A stretch of DNA of 61,393 nt, counting the filler. It is 6 parts of 6 records of this genome, joined end to end, with 100 filler letters (N's around TTAATTAATTAA, not from the genome) between each part and the next. Parts side by side here need not be neighbours in the genome. Positions count along the whole stretch, not along the records: positions 35,280 to 42,791 come from SRR31156797_18938; positions 42,892 to 51,307 come from SRR31156797_18994; 4 more parts are not named here. One strand, given 5' to 3'. A program made the position numbers and the translations under genes. Shown here piece after piece: positions 39,999 through 49,943 of the stretch. Every line of letters starts with the position of its first letter. The stretch's first letter is position 1. Below the pieces are notes generated by a model. It did no database searches and was not told the DNA's origin. It saw only the letters and a program-made list of their open reading frames with translations.

Positions 39999-41486
39999 TT
40001 ACGTGTCCCAATTGATTTCCATCTTGACCTGTTCTTGGAATAATTCCCTGCACCGTTGTAAAGTTGGGAGCTGATATTCGTATCTTTCCTTATCTTCACT
40101 TGTTCTACGCCGGACCCTTTTAATTTCAGGACACAGCTTTTTTAGTTCTTTCCCCACGGTTTTGTCAGAAGGAGGATATTTATAAAACATGCGCCGGCAA
40201 AATTCAGTCACCTCTTCATTGAACTCAATCACTGAAACGACCTCAGGCCAGTCACTCTTGTTGACAATGCAATCATGATAAAAGAGGTCCTTCATATCTA
40301 TGTTTGGGGAGGTAAGAGTAAAAAACACTCCCAAACGCAGTTTTTCAAACCAGAACCTACCGAAAGGACTCAACGAATTTTCGATTTGGTCGAGCAAGGC
40401 GTCCGTCCTCGGAATATTTCGAAGATTTATCCCCGACAAATCCATGTTCAGCAAATCATAAACCATGCCCTCAAGACCACCGTTTTGCATCTGATCATGA
40501 ATTGCACCGAAATACTCATGATCTCCCTTTTTCTTTTCTGAGACGTCAACTACGGCAAATCGCCGTTCGTCCAACCCAGCGGGGACAACCCAGTCGTTAT
40601 TCGAAGCTAGAAGAATACGAACGCAATTTTTAACGTGGAATCCATTAATCCCCTTAGATTCTACAAAGATCGTGGGCTCTGTAATCATACTCTTGAGCTT
40701 TCCTTCAGCGGTTTTGTCTCCTCCCCAGACCGCCTCGTCGGCAAAAACCAAGATGGCGTCTTTCAAGTGGTGATTAAAACGCCCGGTAAGGGACTCAGAA
40801 CTGGATAATGCCAAATAATGCTGACCAAATGGTTGGCCTGCATAGTTGACTGCAGTTCCTTTGCCGGAGCCTTGGCCTCCACGAAGGGCGATTGCCGTTC
40901 CCGGACGTGGTCCGCCTGGATTCTGGTAGGCATCTGCCAGCCAACCGAGGATATATTCTTCAACCTGAGAGTCACCACTGGCGACAACTTCAAAGATTAA
41001 ATTTCTGTAAAGGCTCCAATCACCAGGCTTCGGAGTCACCGCTAAACCTTTATATAAATTAAAATACCCCGGATGGTTGCCGGATGGATCAAAGACAACG
41101 CCATCATATTGCCTCCTATCTTTGGAACCAAGCCAGATATCGGCTACTTTGACTGGTTTCGGTTTAATCGGGTCTCCAGAAAAAACGGTGAGGTTGCTAT
41201 ACCTATGCTTAAAATCGGAGATCGAAGAGAACGTCGTACTCATCCTATTTTGGACTGGGTCGAATTCTTCATTTAGCACGGCTGTTTTTCCCTCCAAAAC
41301 TACAACAGCGTGCTTTATATTTAACTTCTCAAGAGTACTTTCTATGTCATCTGGATCGAACTCAACCTTTATCGGCTCAGACTTTGAAGCTTCAAAGCTA
41401 TTCTTTTCAGGTTCTGTGTTTTCTTCTCGAGCCGTGTCATTGACTAGCGCCTGGAGAGTTTCCAACGTAGAAGAGTTTTCGGACAT
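39999..41486 (-). CDS. Primase-associated SF3-type helicase (DUF5906 / NrS-1-like)
   Basis: F.P.....FNLYKG, Walker A GGQGSGKG, Walker B LVFADE, LKSMITE, ASN and DERRF. Confidence 0.87.
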   Translation of the reverse strand: MSENSSTLETLQALVNDTAREENTEPEKNSFEASKSEPIKVEFDPDDIESTLEKLNIKHAVVVLEGKTAVLNEEFDPVQNRMSTTFSSISDFKHRYSNLTVFSGDPIKPKPVKVADIWLGSKDRRQYDGVVFDPSGNHPGYFNLYKGLAVTPKPGDWSLYRNLIFEVVASGDSQVEEYILGWLADAYQNPGGPRPGTAIALRGGQGSGKGTAVNYAGQPFGQHYLALSSSESLTGRFNHHLKDAILVFADEAVWGGDKTAEGKLKSMITEPTIFVESKGINGFHVKNCVRILLASNNDWVVPAGLDERRFAVVDVSEKKKGDHEYFGAIHDQMQNGGLEGMVYDLLNMDLSGINLRNIPRTDALLDQIENSLSPFGRFWFEKLRLGVFFTLTSPNIDMKDLFYHDCIVNKSDWPEVVSVIEFNEEVTEFCRRMFYKYPPSDKTVGKELKKLCPEIKRVRRRTSEDKERYEYQLPTLQRCRELFQEQVKMEINWDT

Positions 41487-41568
41487 GGCAGCTTTTTCTC
41501 ACTTTCGGTAAAAAGAAACATTTTGGCAGCAGGGGAACTATTGCGCTCCCCTGCCGGGGGTGCGTCAA

Positions 41569-41929
41569 CTATTGAACATGCGCAGACCTGATCTTGGACA
41601 GAGCATCTCGCAACCGGAACCTTGAGCACGAGTCATGGAAGCATTTAAACCCCGTCCCACCTGTCTTCGTATTTACTATGAAGCCGCTCTGTCTGTGGGT
41701 CGGGTTAAAGGGACACTGATATAACTCATAGATCCGTGAACCCGGTTTCCGCTTTATTCGGTACTGGATGCCATGCTCTTCCAGAAAGGCCTTTATGCTG
41801 TCTGCATCCGCATCAGAGCCCCTCCAGGGGGACGTATTAGTAGAAGTAGTAGGTTGGCCGCTGACAGGGCGAGTATCTCGCACGAGCGCTGCTAGTTTTT
41901 CAAGTGTGGTTCCGCAGGCCACGTTGTTA
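41569..41929 (-). CDS. Putative primase zinc-binding domain (separate GTG start at 41922 or frameshift continuation)
   Basis: FLEEHGI...CPFNPTH...FKCFHDSC Cys/His cluster, in the +1 frame relative to the primase ORF. Confidence 0.65.
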
Positions 41930-42664
41930 TTTGGCCTCTCCGAGCGAATCGATGTAACTCCAACGGTGGGGGCGTCGTATGCGGTTTTTCCCACCAGGGA
42001 CCGGATCGCCTTTACAGGCTTTAGAACCATAAAATTTGGTAATCCTCCCCGGGTTGAAAACGCTAGTGTCGACCTTGACGTACTCGTTCGAAAATTTGTG
42101 ATCTAGATTGATCAGGGTGTTTTTTATCGTCTCTTGAACTTTTTCATCCTGGGCCGGTAGATTAGCCAGCGGGAACAACGCATGCGATCCATTCCCACTC
42201 ATACAAGTGACTGGTGGAGACATCCCGTATTTTTCTACGCAGAATTCAGAAATTTCATCTCTCTTCTGCATTGCCATCGATAGCTCTTCATCTGATGAAG
42301 AGACACCAGATGGGCGAACGGGGTCAATGTCAACCAGTAACCAACGATAAAACAAAACGTCGGCGTCACTCACTGTAGAGTTTGCCGCCTTCAATCGATT
42401 AAAGGCGCGTCCAAGCAAATCTGGGTTAATTACCTGCAGGCTCATGTAGATTTGGATTTTCTCTATCTTGATCAACGGTTCCACCGATTTATTAAAATCG
42501 TCGAAATTGTCGAAGTACCCCACTACAGTCCCTCGTGCGAAATCTTCCCAGACTCCAGCCATCGTTCCCCATGCATTGAGGGCTCGAACCTCTACGATCT
42601 CCCCGGCATCTGTATTAACAAACAGTCCGAAAACTTCTCTGTCAAACATCGTAAGCTGTTGCAT
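41927..42664 (-). CDS. AEP-like primase catalytic domain
   Basis: VEVRAL, WLLVDIDPVRPSG (DxD), SGNGSH, VDTSVFNPGRITKFYG and RPHR. AGGAG RBS. Confidence 0.75.
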   Translation of the reverse strand: MQQLTMFDREVFGLFVNTDAGEIVEVRALNAWGTMAGVWEDFARGTVVGYFDNFDDFNKSVEPLIKIEKIQIYMSLQVINPDLLGRAFNRLKAANSTVSDADVLFYRWLLVDIDPVRPSGVSSSDEELSMAMQKRDEISEFCVEKYGMSPPVTCMSGNGSHALFPLANLPAQDEKVQETIKNTLINLDHKFSNEYVKVDTSVFNPGRITKFYGSKACKGDPVPGGKNRIRRPHRWSYIDSLGEAK

Positions 42665-42791
42665 CTTAAAGATCTCCTATATATAAAGGTAAAAATGAGT
42701 AGCTGGAGGCGAAGTTCTTCCCCCAGTTAATTGTAAGAAATTACCGATCCCGACGACGTCTGAAGACGAACAAAGTAGTCACACCTGGATT

Positions 42792-42891
42792 NNNNNNNNN
42801 NNNNNNNNNNNNNNNNNNNNNNNNNNNNNNNNNNNTTAATTAATTAANNNNNNNNNNNNNNNNNNNNNNNNNNNNNNNNNNNNNNNNNNNN
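42792..42891. other. Artificial contig spacer
   Basis: N44-TTAATTAATTAA-N44. Confidence 0.99.
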
Positions 42892-43356
42892 GTGATGGTC
42901 GTGATGGTCGTGATGGTCGTGCAACAAGAACATACTTGCCACATTCACCACAAGGCCGATAACCGCAACAAAAATCGCTTCATTAAATTGAATACTTAAA
43001 GGGTTAAATAAGCGATGAATCGATTCGCCCGCCATGACCAGTGCCACTAATCCTAAGCCAATTGCACTGGTATAACCGCCAAGCACACCCACTTTACCGG
43101 TACCAAACGTATACTCGCGAGAATTTTGGTGCTTACGCGCATAACGGTACGTAAACAAGGTGATACAAAAGGCAGCAGCATGTGTCCCCATATGCCAACC
43201 ATCTGCAAGCAGCGCCATAGAGCCGTAAATCGTACCAGCGACAATCTCGACAACCATAGTCACTAACGTCAGTAACAGAACGTAAACCGTGTTCTTCTCC
43301 CCTTTTTTATTGGAGTAAGAAAACGTTTCAGTATGAGGACAACTTGGTGTTTGCAT
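42892..43356 (-). CDS. dmeF: DmeF-like CDF Co/Ni efflux transporter, truncated in the His-rich loop
   Basis: GSMALLADGWHMGTH, FGTGKV..LGGYTSA and a HDHHDHHDH loop at the contig break. Confidence 0.85.
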
Positions 43357-43491
43357 AATAAATACTTTGATCATCAAATTTTCTAAAGTGTAGTTAGTTT
43401 GATAATCAAAGTAAATAAAAGAATTAAAGTTTAATTACTCAGGTCTGTTAACCTTAAAGAACAATCAAAATCAAAATAAAAATGAAAAGTA

Positions 43492-44337
43492 ATGTCACCT
43501 TTAATTCTCACTGTTATCACCATGTTTGCTTTTGCTGCAAACTCCGTTCTATGCCGACTGGCACTACAAGATGGCTCCATTGATGCCACTTCATTCACCT
43601 ATTTGCGCTTAGTTTCAGGTGCAGTCACCTTGGTTGTACTCCATTCGTTATTGGTAAAAAAATCCGTTCGCCAATACACACTCAAATTTTCGCTAAAAGC
43701 AGGTGCTGCTCTGTTTGCTTATGCGATCTGTTTTTCTATCGCCTATCTGCACCTTTCGACCGGAACAGGTGCTCTTTTGCTATTCGGCACGGTGCAAATT
43801 TCTCTTATCGCTGTCCATATCGCCCAAGGCAATCAGGTGCAAAAGCTCGAGTGGCTTGGATTGGCTATTTCGATTTCCGGTTTTATTTACCTCATGTTTC
43901 CAAGTGTCGAAACGCCTGATACTTTATCCGCGGTTTTGATGATCATATCCGGGCTAGCTTGGGCTGTGTTTACCGTACTAGGGCGTAATAGTGGCAACCC
44001 GATCACAGCGATATCACAAGGATTTTGGGTGGCTGGATTAGTGTGCATTTTGTTATCGCCTTGGCTGATGAACGTTGAAACCAGTACCTCTAGAGGCATT
44101 ACTTTTGCCCTGATCTCCGGAAGCATCGCTTCTGCGGCTGGGTATATTCTTTGGTATCAGGTGATTGCTAACCTCACCATGCTGCAAGCTTCAGTCGCGC
44201 AACTTTCCGTCCCGGTGATTGCGTTAGTTGGCGGGGCAGTGTTACTCAATGAAAGCTTGAGTCTGCATATAATCATGGTCAGCGGCTTAATCTTGGGTGG
44301 GATTGGCTTAGTGATTGTCGGAAGAGCAACAAAATGA
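43492..44337 (+). CDS. DMT/EamA-family transporter
   Basis: AFAANSVLCRLAL, TGTGALLLFG and QLSVPVIA; about 10 TM segments. Confidence 0.88.
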   Translation: MSPLILTVITMFAFAANSVLCRLALQDGSIDATSFTYLRLVSGAVTLVVLHSLLVKKSVRQYTLKFSLKAGAALFAYAICFSIAYLHLSTGTGALLLFGTVQISLIAVHIAQGNQVQKLEWLGLAISISGFIYLMFPSVETPDTLSAVLMIISGLAWAVFTVLGRNSGNPITAISQGFWVAGLVCILLSPWLMNVETSTSRGITFALISGSIASAAGYILWYQVIANLTMLQASVAQLSVPVIALVGGAVLLNESLSLHIIMVSGLILGGIGLVIVGRATK

Positions 44338-44395
44338 TGGATTTTCCCTCTACGCACAGTAAAATTCCGCGCTAATTCCCAAAAAGGTTCTGGCT

Positions 44396-46078
44396 ATGCA
44401 ACACTCCGATCACTGTTTCACTCTTTTTCAGACCGACGTTTCTGAATACACACTGCCGGAGCGTTTCACCTTTCCATTTTGCTACGAGCCGCATCCATTA
44501 AGTGAGATTGCAGCTAAAGAGCTTCAACAGCACATCGCCAGCCAAACCGACTGGTCACACCCATTCGGTTTAACCGAAGCGGAAAAAGGTGCGCACGGGA
44601 AAATGTTTGGGGTTCTCGTGGTACAAAACCGCGAAGGCGAACTGGGATACTTAGCCGGATTTTCAGGCTTACTGGCTGAAAAACTGCAGCAACCAGGATT
44701 TGTTCCCCCCCTATTTGATCGATTTGCCGATGAAGATTTCTTCCGCACAGAGGCGAATGAGATTGCCGACATCAACCGTCAAGTTCGAGAATACAATCAG
44801 TCCCCGATTCTTAAATCATTGACCGAATCCATAACAGATTGTGAAAAGAAAGCTGAAATCGAAATTGAAGCGCATCGTCAGGTCATGATCGAGGGGCGAA
44901 AACAGCGTAAAGCGCTTCGCCAAAGTCCACCACCGGAACTGTCTGAGCCAGAAGTAACAGCCTTGTTTGAGCAACTCGCTCAGCAAAGCGTGGCTGAAAA
45001 AAATCAACTCAAGTTGCTTAAACAGAAATGGGATGATCAACTGCTGACTTTAAAATCGGAGTTACAACAACATCAATCACAGTTAGAAGTACTGAAAGAG
45101 AAGCGTAAACAGCTCTCCGCAGCTCTACAAAATAAGTTGTTTTCCCAATACCATTTTTTAAATCAGCAGGGCGAAGAGAAATCTCTGATCGACATTTTTG
45201 CCGAGACGTCGAACCCAGTTCCACCCGCAGGCTCTGGTGAATGCGCGGCACCCAAACTACTGCAATACGCTTTTGCTCACCAGTTGAAGCCCATTGCCAT
45301 GGCTGAATTTTGGTGGGGACGCTCACCAAAATCAGAGATTCGCCAGCACAAGAAGTATTACCCAGCCTGCCAAAACAAGTGCCACCCGATCCTAAGCCAT
45401 ATGCTTGAGGGCATTGAACTCGACGACAACCCTCTGCTGGATAACCCAGCCGAAGGCAAAGATATCGAAATCCTCTATCAAGATGAAGCCATCGTCGTGG
45501 TCAACAAACCGGCTGAGTTTTTATCGGTACCAGGTGTGAATGTCAAAGATTCGGTACTCACTCGGCTGGAAGCACAGTTCACGGATGTAGAAGGCCCGTT
45601 TGTATTGCACCGCTTGGACATGTCGACATCGGGAATCTTAGTCTTTGCGCTGACCCGACGCGCAAACAAAAGCCTGCAAAAACAATTCATTACTCGCGGC
45701 GTAGAGAAACGCTACATTGCTCTATTAAGCGGTGAGCTTAATGCCGACAGTGGTGAAATTCATCTTCCCCTGCGTGGCGATTTAGACGACAGACCGCGCC
45801 AAATGGTCTGCTATGAACACGGTAAGCCAGCAGAAACCCGTTGGGAAAAAATCCGTATTCAAGGTGGCCAAAGTCGCGTTTATCTCTACCCAAAAACCGG
45901 ACGAACCCACCAACTTCGTGTCCATTGTGCTCACAACGACGGACTGAACATGGCAATTGTCGGTGATGATTTATACGGAACCAAAGGGCGACGCTTACAT
46001 TTACATGCTGAAAGCCTGGGCTTTGATCATCCCTACACAAAACAGCGGTTACACTTCCAGGTTGATCCGGATTTTTAG
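44396..46078 (+). CDS. RluA-family pseudouridine synthase with a long N-terminal extension
   Basis: NKPAEFLSVPG, HRLDMSTSG, TGRTHQLRVH, GDDLYG and LHLHA. N-terminal FTFPFCYEPH, GKMFGVL and GECAAPKLLQYA. Confidence 0.92.
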   Translation: MQHSDHCFTLFQTDVSEYTLPERFTFPFCYEPHPLSEIAAKELQQHIASQTDWSHPFGLTEAEKGAHGKMFGVLVVQNREGELGYLAGFSGLLAEKLQQPGFVPPLFDRFADEDFFRTEANEIADINRQVREYNQSPILKSLTESITDCEKKAEIEIEAHRQVMIEGRKQRKALRQSPPPELSEPEVTALFEQLAQQSVAEKNQLKLLKQKWDDQLLTLKSELQQHQSQLEVLKEKRKQLSAALQNKLFSQYHFLNQQGEEKSLIDIFAETSNPVPPAGSGECAAPKLLQYAFAHQLKPIAMAEFWWGRSPKSEIRQHKKYYPACQNKCHPILSHMLEGIELDDNPLLDNPAEGKDIEILYQDEAIVVVNKPAEFLSVPGVNVKDSVLTRLEAQFTDVEGPFVLHRLDMSTSGILVFALTRRANKSLQKQFITRGVEKRYIALLSGELNADSGEIHLPLRGDLDDRPRQMVCYEHGKPAETRWEKIRIQGGQSRVYLYPKTGRTHQLRVHCAHNDGLNMAIVGDDLYGTKGRRLHLHAESLGFDHPYTKQRLHFQVDPDF

Positions 46079-46124
46079 CTAAATCATAGGATTGGGATTT
46101 AATGGAAATTCGAATTACCACAAC

Positions 46125-46145
46125 CACTAGACGACTGGTCTAATT
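46125..46145. promoter_or_regulatory. TetR/NemR-like operator, copy 1
   Basis: CACTAGACGACTGGTCTAATT (core TAGAC-N5-GTCTA), identical to 46818-46838. Confidence 0.85.
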
Positions 46146-46163
46146 TAAACTATAGTGCCTGCC

Positions 46164-46760
46164 ATGAACGATAAATCAAATGACACCAAGCAGCATATTT
46201 TGGACGTCGGTTACGAACTGATTGCCAGCAAAGGCTTCACCAGCGTTGGCCTTTCTGAGCTATTGAAAACCGCTGAAGTTCCAAAAGGCTCTTTCTATCA
46301 CTACTTCAAATCCAAAGAACAATTTGGAGAAGCACTGCTGCAAGACTACTTCAATCAATATCAACAGAAGTTAGAAGTCTTGTTTGAATCCAGTGAAGAA
46401 AATGAATACCAAAAATTAATGCGTTATTGGCACTACTGGATGGAACAAAACAGCAGTGAGTGCCAAACTGGTAAGTGTTTGGTAGTGAAACTGGCTGGTG
46501 AAGTTTCTGATCTGTCTGAACCTATGCGACTTGCGCTACACAAAGGCACAGACAAAGTGATAAGCACCGTGGCAGATCACATTGAAAAAGGTATCAAAGC
46601 TGGGGAAATCCAAGTTAAAGATAGCCGCCAAACCTCCGAGCTACTCTACAACCTTTGGGTTGGAGCAAGTTTGGTCAACAAAATTCGCCATGACGATGCA
46701 AGCCTACAGCAGGCGTATCAGGTGACAGAACAAATTTTAAACGGTAAGCAACTTAGCTGA
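46164..46760 (+). CDS. TetR-family regulator, NemR-like
   Basis: GFTSVGLSELLKTAEVPKGSFYHYFKSKEQFG and CLVVKLAGEVSDLSEPMR. Confidence 0.92.
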   Translation: MNDKSNDTKQHILDVGYELIASKGFTSVGLSELLKTAEVPKGSFYHYFKSKEQFGEALLQDYFNQYQQKLEVLFESSEENEYQKLMRYWHYWMEQNSSECQTGKCLVVKLAGEVSDLSEPMRLALHKGTDKVISTVADHIEKGIKAGEIQVKDSRQTSELLYNLWVGASLVNKIRHDDASLQQAYQVTEQILNGKQLS

Positions 46761-46784
46761 CTGTTAGGTTAAACACATAAAACC

Positions 46785-46809
46785 CCGCTATTTCGGTAGC
46801 GGTTTTTTT
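46785..46809 (+). terminator. Intrinsic terminator
   Basis: CCGCTA-TTTCGG-TAGCGG-TTTTTTT. Confidence 0.8.
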
Positions 46810-46817
46810 GCAACGAA

Positions 46818-46838
46818 CACTAGACGACTGGTCTAATT
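46818..46838. promoter_or_regulatory. TetR/NemR-like operator, copy 2
   Basis: Exact 21-bp repeat of 46125-46145, 18 nt before the start codon as in copy 1. Confidence 0.85.
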
Positions 46839-46856
46839 ATTACAAAGGAAAGCTCA

Positions 46857-47891
46857 ATGACTGATTCAACTAACCAACGTATCGTATTGGCATCACGCCC
46901 AGTCGGTGCGCCAACACAAGAAAACTTCCGCTTAGAAACGGTAGAAAAGCCACAACCAAAAGAAGGCGAAGTGTTGCTACGCACCATCTACCTGTCACTA
47001 GACCCGTACATGCGTGGTCGCATGAGCGATGCAGAATCTTACGCAGAACCATTAGCCATTAACGATGTGATGATTGGTGGCACTGTGTGTCAGGTTGAAG
47101 CTTCAAACAATCCTGAGTTTGAAGTGGGTGAATGGGTACTTTCATACATCACTGGCTGGCAGAAATACTCGGTTGCCTCTGGTGAAGGTCTGCTGAAACT
47201 GGGTAAAAACCCAACCAATCCTTCTTGGGCATTAGGTGTTATGGGTATGCCTGGCTTCACAGCGTACATGGGCCTACTTGATATTGGTAATCCACAAGAG
47301 GGTGAAACTATCGTTGTGGCTTCAGCGACTGGACCTGTTGGTGGTACTGTGGGTCAAATTGGTAAAATTAAAGGTTGCCGCGTTGTTGGTATTGCTGGCG
47401 GTGAAGAGAAATGTCGCCACGCAGTAGAAGTATTGGGTATGGACGCATGTATCGACCACAAAGCGGATGATTTTGCTGAGCAGTTAGCAGCAGCGTGTCC
47501 AAACGGCATCGACGTATACTACGAAAACGTCGGTGGCAAAGTATTTGATGCTGTCATGCCTTTACTGAACACGAACGCACGTATTCCTGTATGTGGTCTT
47601 ATCGCACAATACAACGCAACATCGCTACCTGATGGCCCAGATCGTTTATCTCAGCTAACGGGGCTGATTCTAACTAAGCGTCTAAAAGTTCAGGGCTTCA
47701 TTATCTTTGATGACTATGGTCACCGTTACGGCGAGTTCGCGCAAGACATGAGCCAATGGGTCGCTGAAGGTAAGATCAAATACCGTGAACAAGTTGAAGT
47801 GGGTCTTGAAAACGCACCACAACAACTGATTGGTCTACTGGAAGGTAAGAACTTCGGTAAGTTAGTGATTGAAGTTGCTAAGCCACTTTAA
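46857..47891 (+). CDS. curA: NADPH-dependent alkenal/curcumin reductase (MDR family)
   Basis: LASRPVGAP, YLSLDPYMRGRM, GMPGFTAYMGL, ENVGG and GKNFGK. Confidence 0.88.
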   Translation: MTDSTNQRIVLASRPVGAPTQENFRLETVEKPQPKEGEVLLRTIYLSLDPYMRGRMSDAESYAEPLAINDVMIGGTVCQVEASNNPEFEVGEWVLSYITGWQKYSVASGEGLLKLGKNPTNPSWALGVMGMPGFTAYMGLLDIGNPQEGETIVVASATGPVGGTVGQIGKIKGCRVVGIAGGEEKCRHAVEVLGMDACIDHKADDFAEQLAAACPNGIDVYYENVGGKVFDAVMPLLNTNARIPVCGLIAQYNATSLPDGPDRLSQLTGLILTKRLKVQGFIIFDDYGHRYGEFAQDMSQWVAEGKIKYREQVEVGLENAPQQLIGLLEGKNFGKLVIEVAKPL

Positions 47892-47908
47892 TCGTTGAAA
47901 TTAATACC

Positions 47909-47939
47909 AAAGAGCCTGTCACTAAGACAGGCTCTTTTT
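47909..47939. terminator. Bidirectional intrinsic terminator
   Basis: AAAGAGCCTGTC-ACTAA-GACAGGCTCTTTTT between convergent genes. Confidence 0.85.
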
Positions 47940-47951
47940 ACATAGCAACCG

Positions 47952-49727
47952 TTAAGCAACTTCGGGCTCAGCCTTGGTTGAGTTTTCATTCGGATCCGCT
48001 TCTTTCTGCACTTGTGGCACCTGACCTTCCTGAACCGCTTCTTGGTAGCAACCACTCAACTTAATGGCTAAATAAAGATCTGCACGCAACACAACCCCGC
48101 CATCGCCGACAGGCACTCCCGTCAAATCACACCACTTACGCATACTGCGTTTTCGACCCGCGATCACTAAACGTATCCCGCGTTTCTTAAGAATGGTTTG
48201 AACATCCAAAAGCATAGCCATCACACTAATATCTAAGTGAGTAAAACTCGCCACACCATCGATGATCATACAGCTAACATCGCCTTGCGCAGACTCGGTG
48301 TATTCCAAAACACGACGCTTGAAATAAGGCGCATTAAAGTAAGTCAACGGAGAGTTGAAACGGTAAATGATCAACCCCGGAATCGCGGACGCTTTACCGG
48401 AAGGGTCAATAGAGCGCACTGTGCCTTTGACATCTAAGCCTAATACTTGATCCCGAGGACGCATTACCACACGTAAGAACTGGAACAAACCCAGTAATAC
48501 CGCCAAGGTAATGCCCGGTATCACACCAATCACCAGTACCGAAACAAAGGTGATACCGGCTAAGTAAAACGCATCTTTGTTGCGTGTTCTTAGCACCCAA
48601 ATCCCTTTGAGATCGAGCAGTGAAGTAGAAGCAATAATCAACACAACGCCTAAAGCTGCAACTGGAATATACTGCAAGGGCTGATAAGCAAATACTGCGA
48701 CAACCGCAATAAGCAAAGCGGCAATCACAGAGACTAGCTGCGATTTCCCACCATTAGCATCATTCACCGCGGTACGCGAATCGGCACCGCTAATCGCAAA
48801 GCCTTGAGAAAATGCAGACGCTAAATTTGCCAGCCCCAAAGCCTGAAACTCTTTATCTGCATCGATATCGTAGCCGTTCTTTGCAGCAAAGCTTCGTGCT
48901 GTCAGCATCATACTGACAAAGCTCACCATCGCTAAGTTGAGAGCCGGAACGACCAGTTCACGCGATACGCCGATATCAAAACTCGGCGCTTGAAATGCAG
49001 GAAAACCACCCTGTATGGCACCAACCACTTTAACGCCAGCGGCGTCAAATTTGGTAATCCATACAAGGGCCGCCGAAATGATGATCGCAAACATCGCTGC
49101 TGGCCAATGTGGGCGATAGCGCTTTGAAACAAAATAGACCACGACGGTCACCGCGCTAATCAGCATGGTTTGCCAATGTACATCCATCAGCAAGGAAGGG
49201 GCTTCATAGAGTCGTTCTAAAAGGTAGCTTTGCTCGTATTTAAGGCCAAACACTTTTGCAAACTGACCAACGATGATGGTGAGGGCAACACCATTAAGCA
49301 ACCCAAGCAAGATTGGACGAGAGAGAAAATCGGCTAAAACCCCTAACTTAAAACGGCTAGCTAAAATGCACCAACCTCCGGTCATTGCCGTCATGGTCAT
49401 CACTAGTTGCCAATGTTTTGTTGGGTCGCCAGCAGCCAGAGGCGTTACCACTGCTGCAATAACAGCACATGTCGCAGCATCAGGGCCAACAATCAACTGT
49501 CGAGAAGTACCAAACAAGGCATAAACCAGCATAGGTAACACACATGAATAAAGGCCAACAATGGCAGAAACTCCCGTTAGCTGAGCGTAAGCAATAGCAA
49601 CGGGAAGAGCGACAGCAACCACCGACAGTGCTGCACGAAAATCGTCTTTAAACCATGATCGGTCATAGCGCTTTAATTGAGTGAGGCCGGGCATCCATTG
49701 ACTAACATCGGCGAGTTTAAGTTTCAT
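47952..49727 (-). CDS. SulP-family anion transporter with STAS domain
   Basis: PVAIAYA, GLYS, YALFGTSRQLIVGP, DSRTAVND and YRFNSPLTYFNA. Confidence 0.93.
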   Translation of the reverse strand: MKLKLADVSQWMPGLTQLKRYDRSWFKDDFRAALSVVAVALPVAIAYAQLTGVSAIVGLYSCVLPMLVYALFGTSRQLIVGPDAATCAVIAAVVTPLAAGDPTKHWQLVMTMTAMTGGWCILASRFKLGVLADFLSRPILLGLLNGVALTIIVGQFAKVFGLKYEQSYLLERLYEAPSLLMDVHWQTMLISAVTVVVYFVSKRYRPHWPAAMFAIIISAALVWITKFDAAGVKVVGAIQGGFPAFQAPSFDIGVSRELVVPALNLAMVSFVSMMLTARSFAAKNGYDIDADKEFQALGLANLASAFSQGFAISGADSRTAVNDANGGKSQLVSVIAALLIAVVAVFAYQPLQYIPVAALGVVLIIASTSLLDLKGIWVLRTRNKDAFYLAGITFVSVLVIGVIPGITLAVLLGLFQFLRVVMRPRDQVLGLDVKGTVRSIDPSGKASAIPGLIIYRFNSPLTYFNAPYFKRRVLEYTESAQGDVSCMIIDGVASFTHLDISVMAMLLDVQTILKKRGIRLVIAGRKRSMRKWCDLTGVPVGDGGVVLRADLYLAIKLSGCYQEAVQEGQVPQVQKEADPNENSTKAEPEVA

Positions 49728-49943
49728 CAAATTGACTTGTCATAAATCTTTCATCTAATAAGCATAACCTAAGTTGTTAAAACTCCTCATAATTGATTTG
49801 CATAAAAAGCCCGTCATCCAGACAGATTGATCGATAGCAAACAAAATCCTCTTGCTCTTTCATGAGTGTAAAAAAATTCTCACCTCTTTCTCAGAATATG
49901 TGACAATGGTCATCCTTGTAACACCGAACTCAAAGTTGTATCT

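Larger units (their letters stand above)
35280..42791 (-). mobile_element. Phage-satellite-like integrative element at a tRNA 3' end (partial; far end missing)
   Basis: Order is tRNA end, int, xis, accessory genes, HGGxSTG module, iterons, helicase, primase, all co-oriented. No capsid, tail or conjugation genes are visible. Confidence 0.8.

Noticed and set aside
42892-42920. GTGATGGTC tandem repeat
   Set aside because: It encodes the His-rich loop of the DmeF-like transporter and probably caused the contig break.
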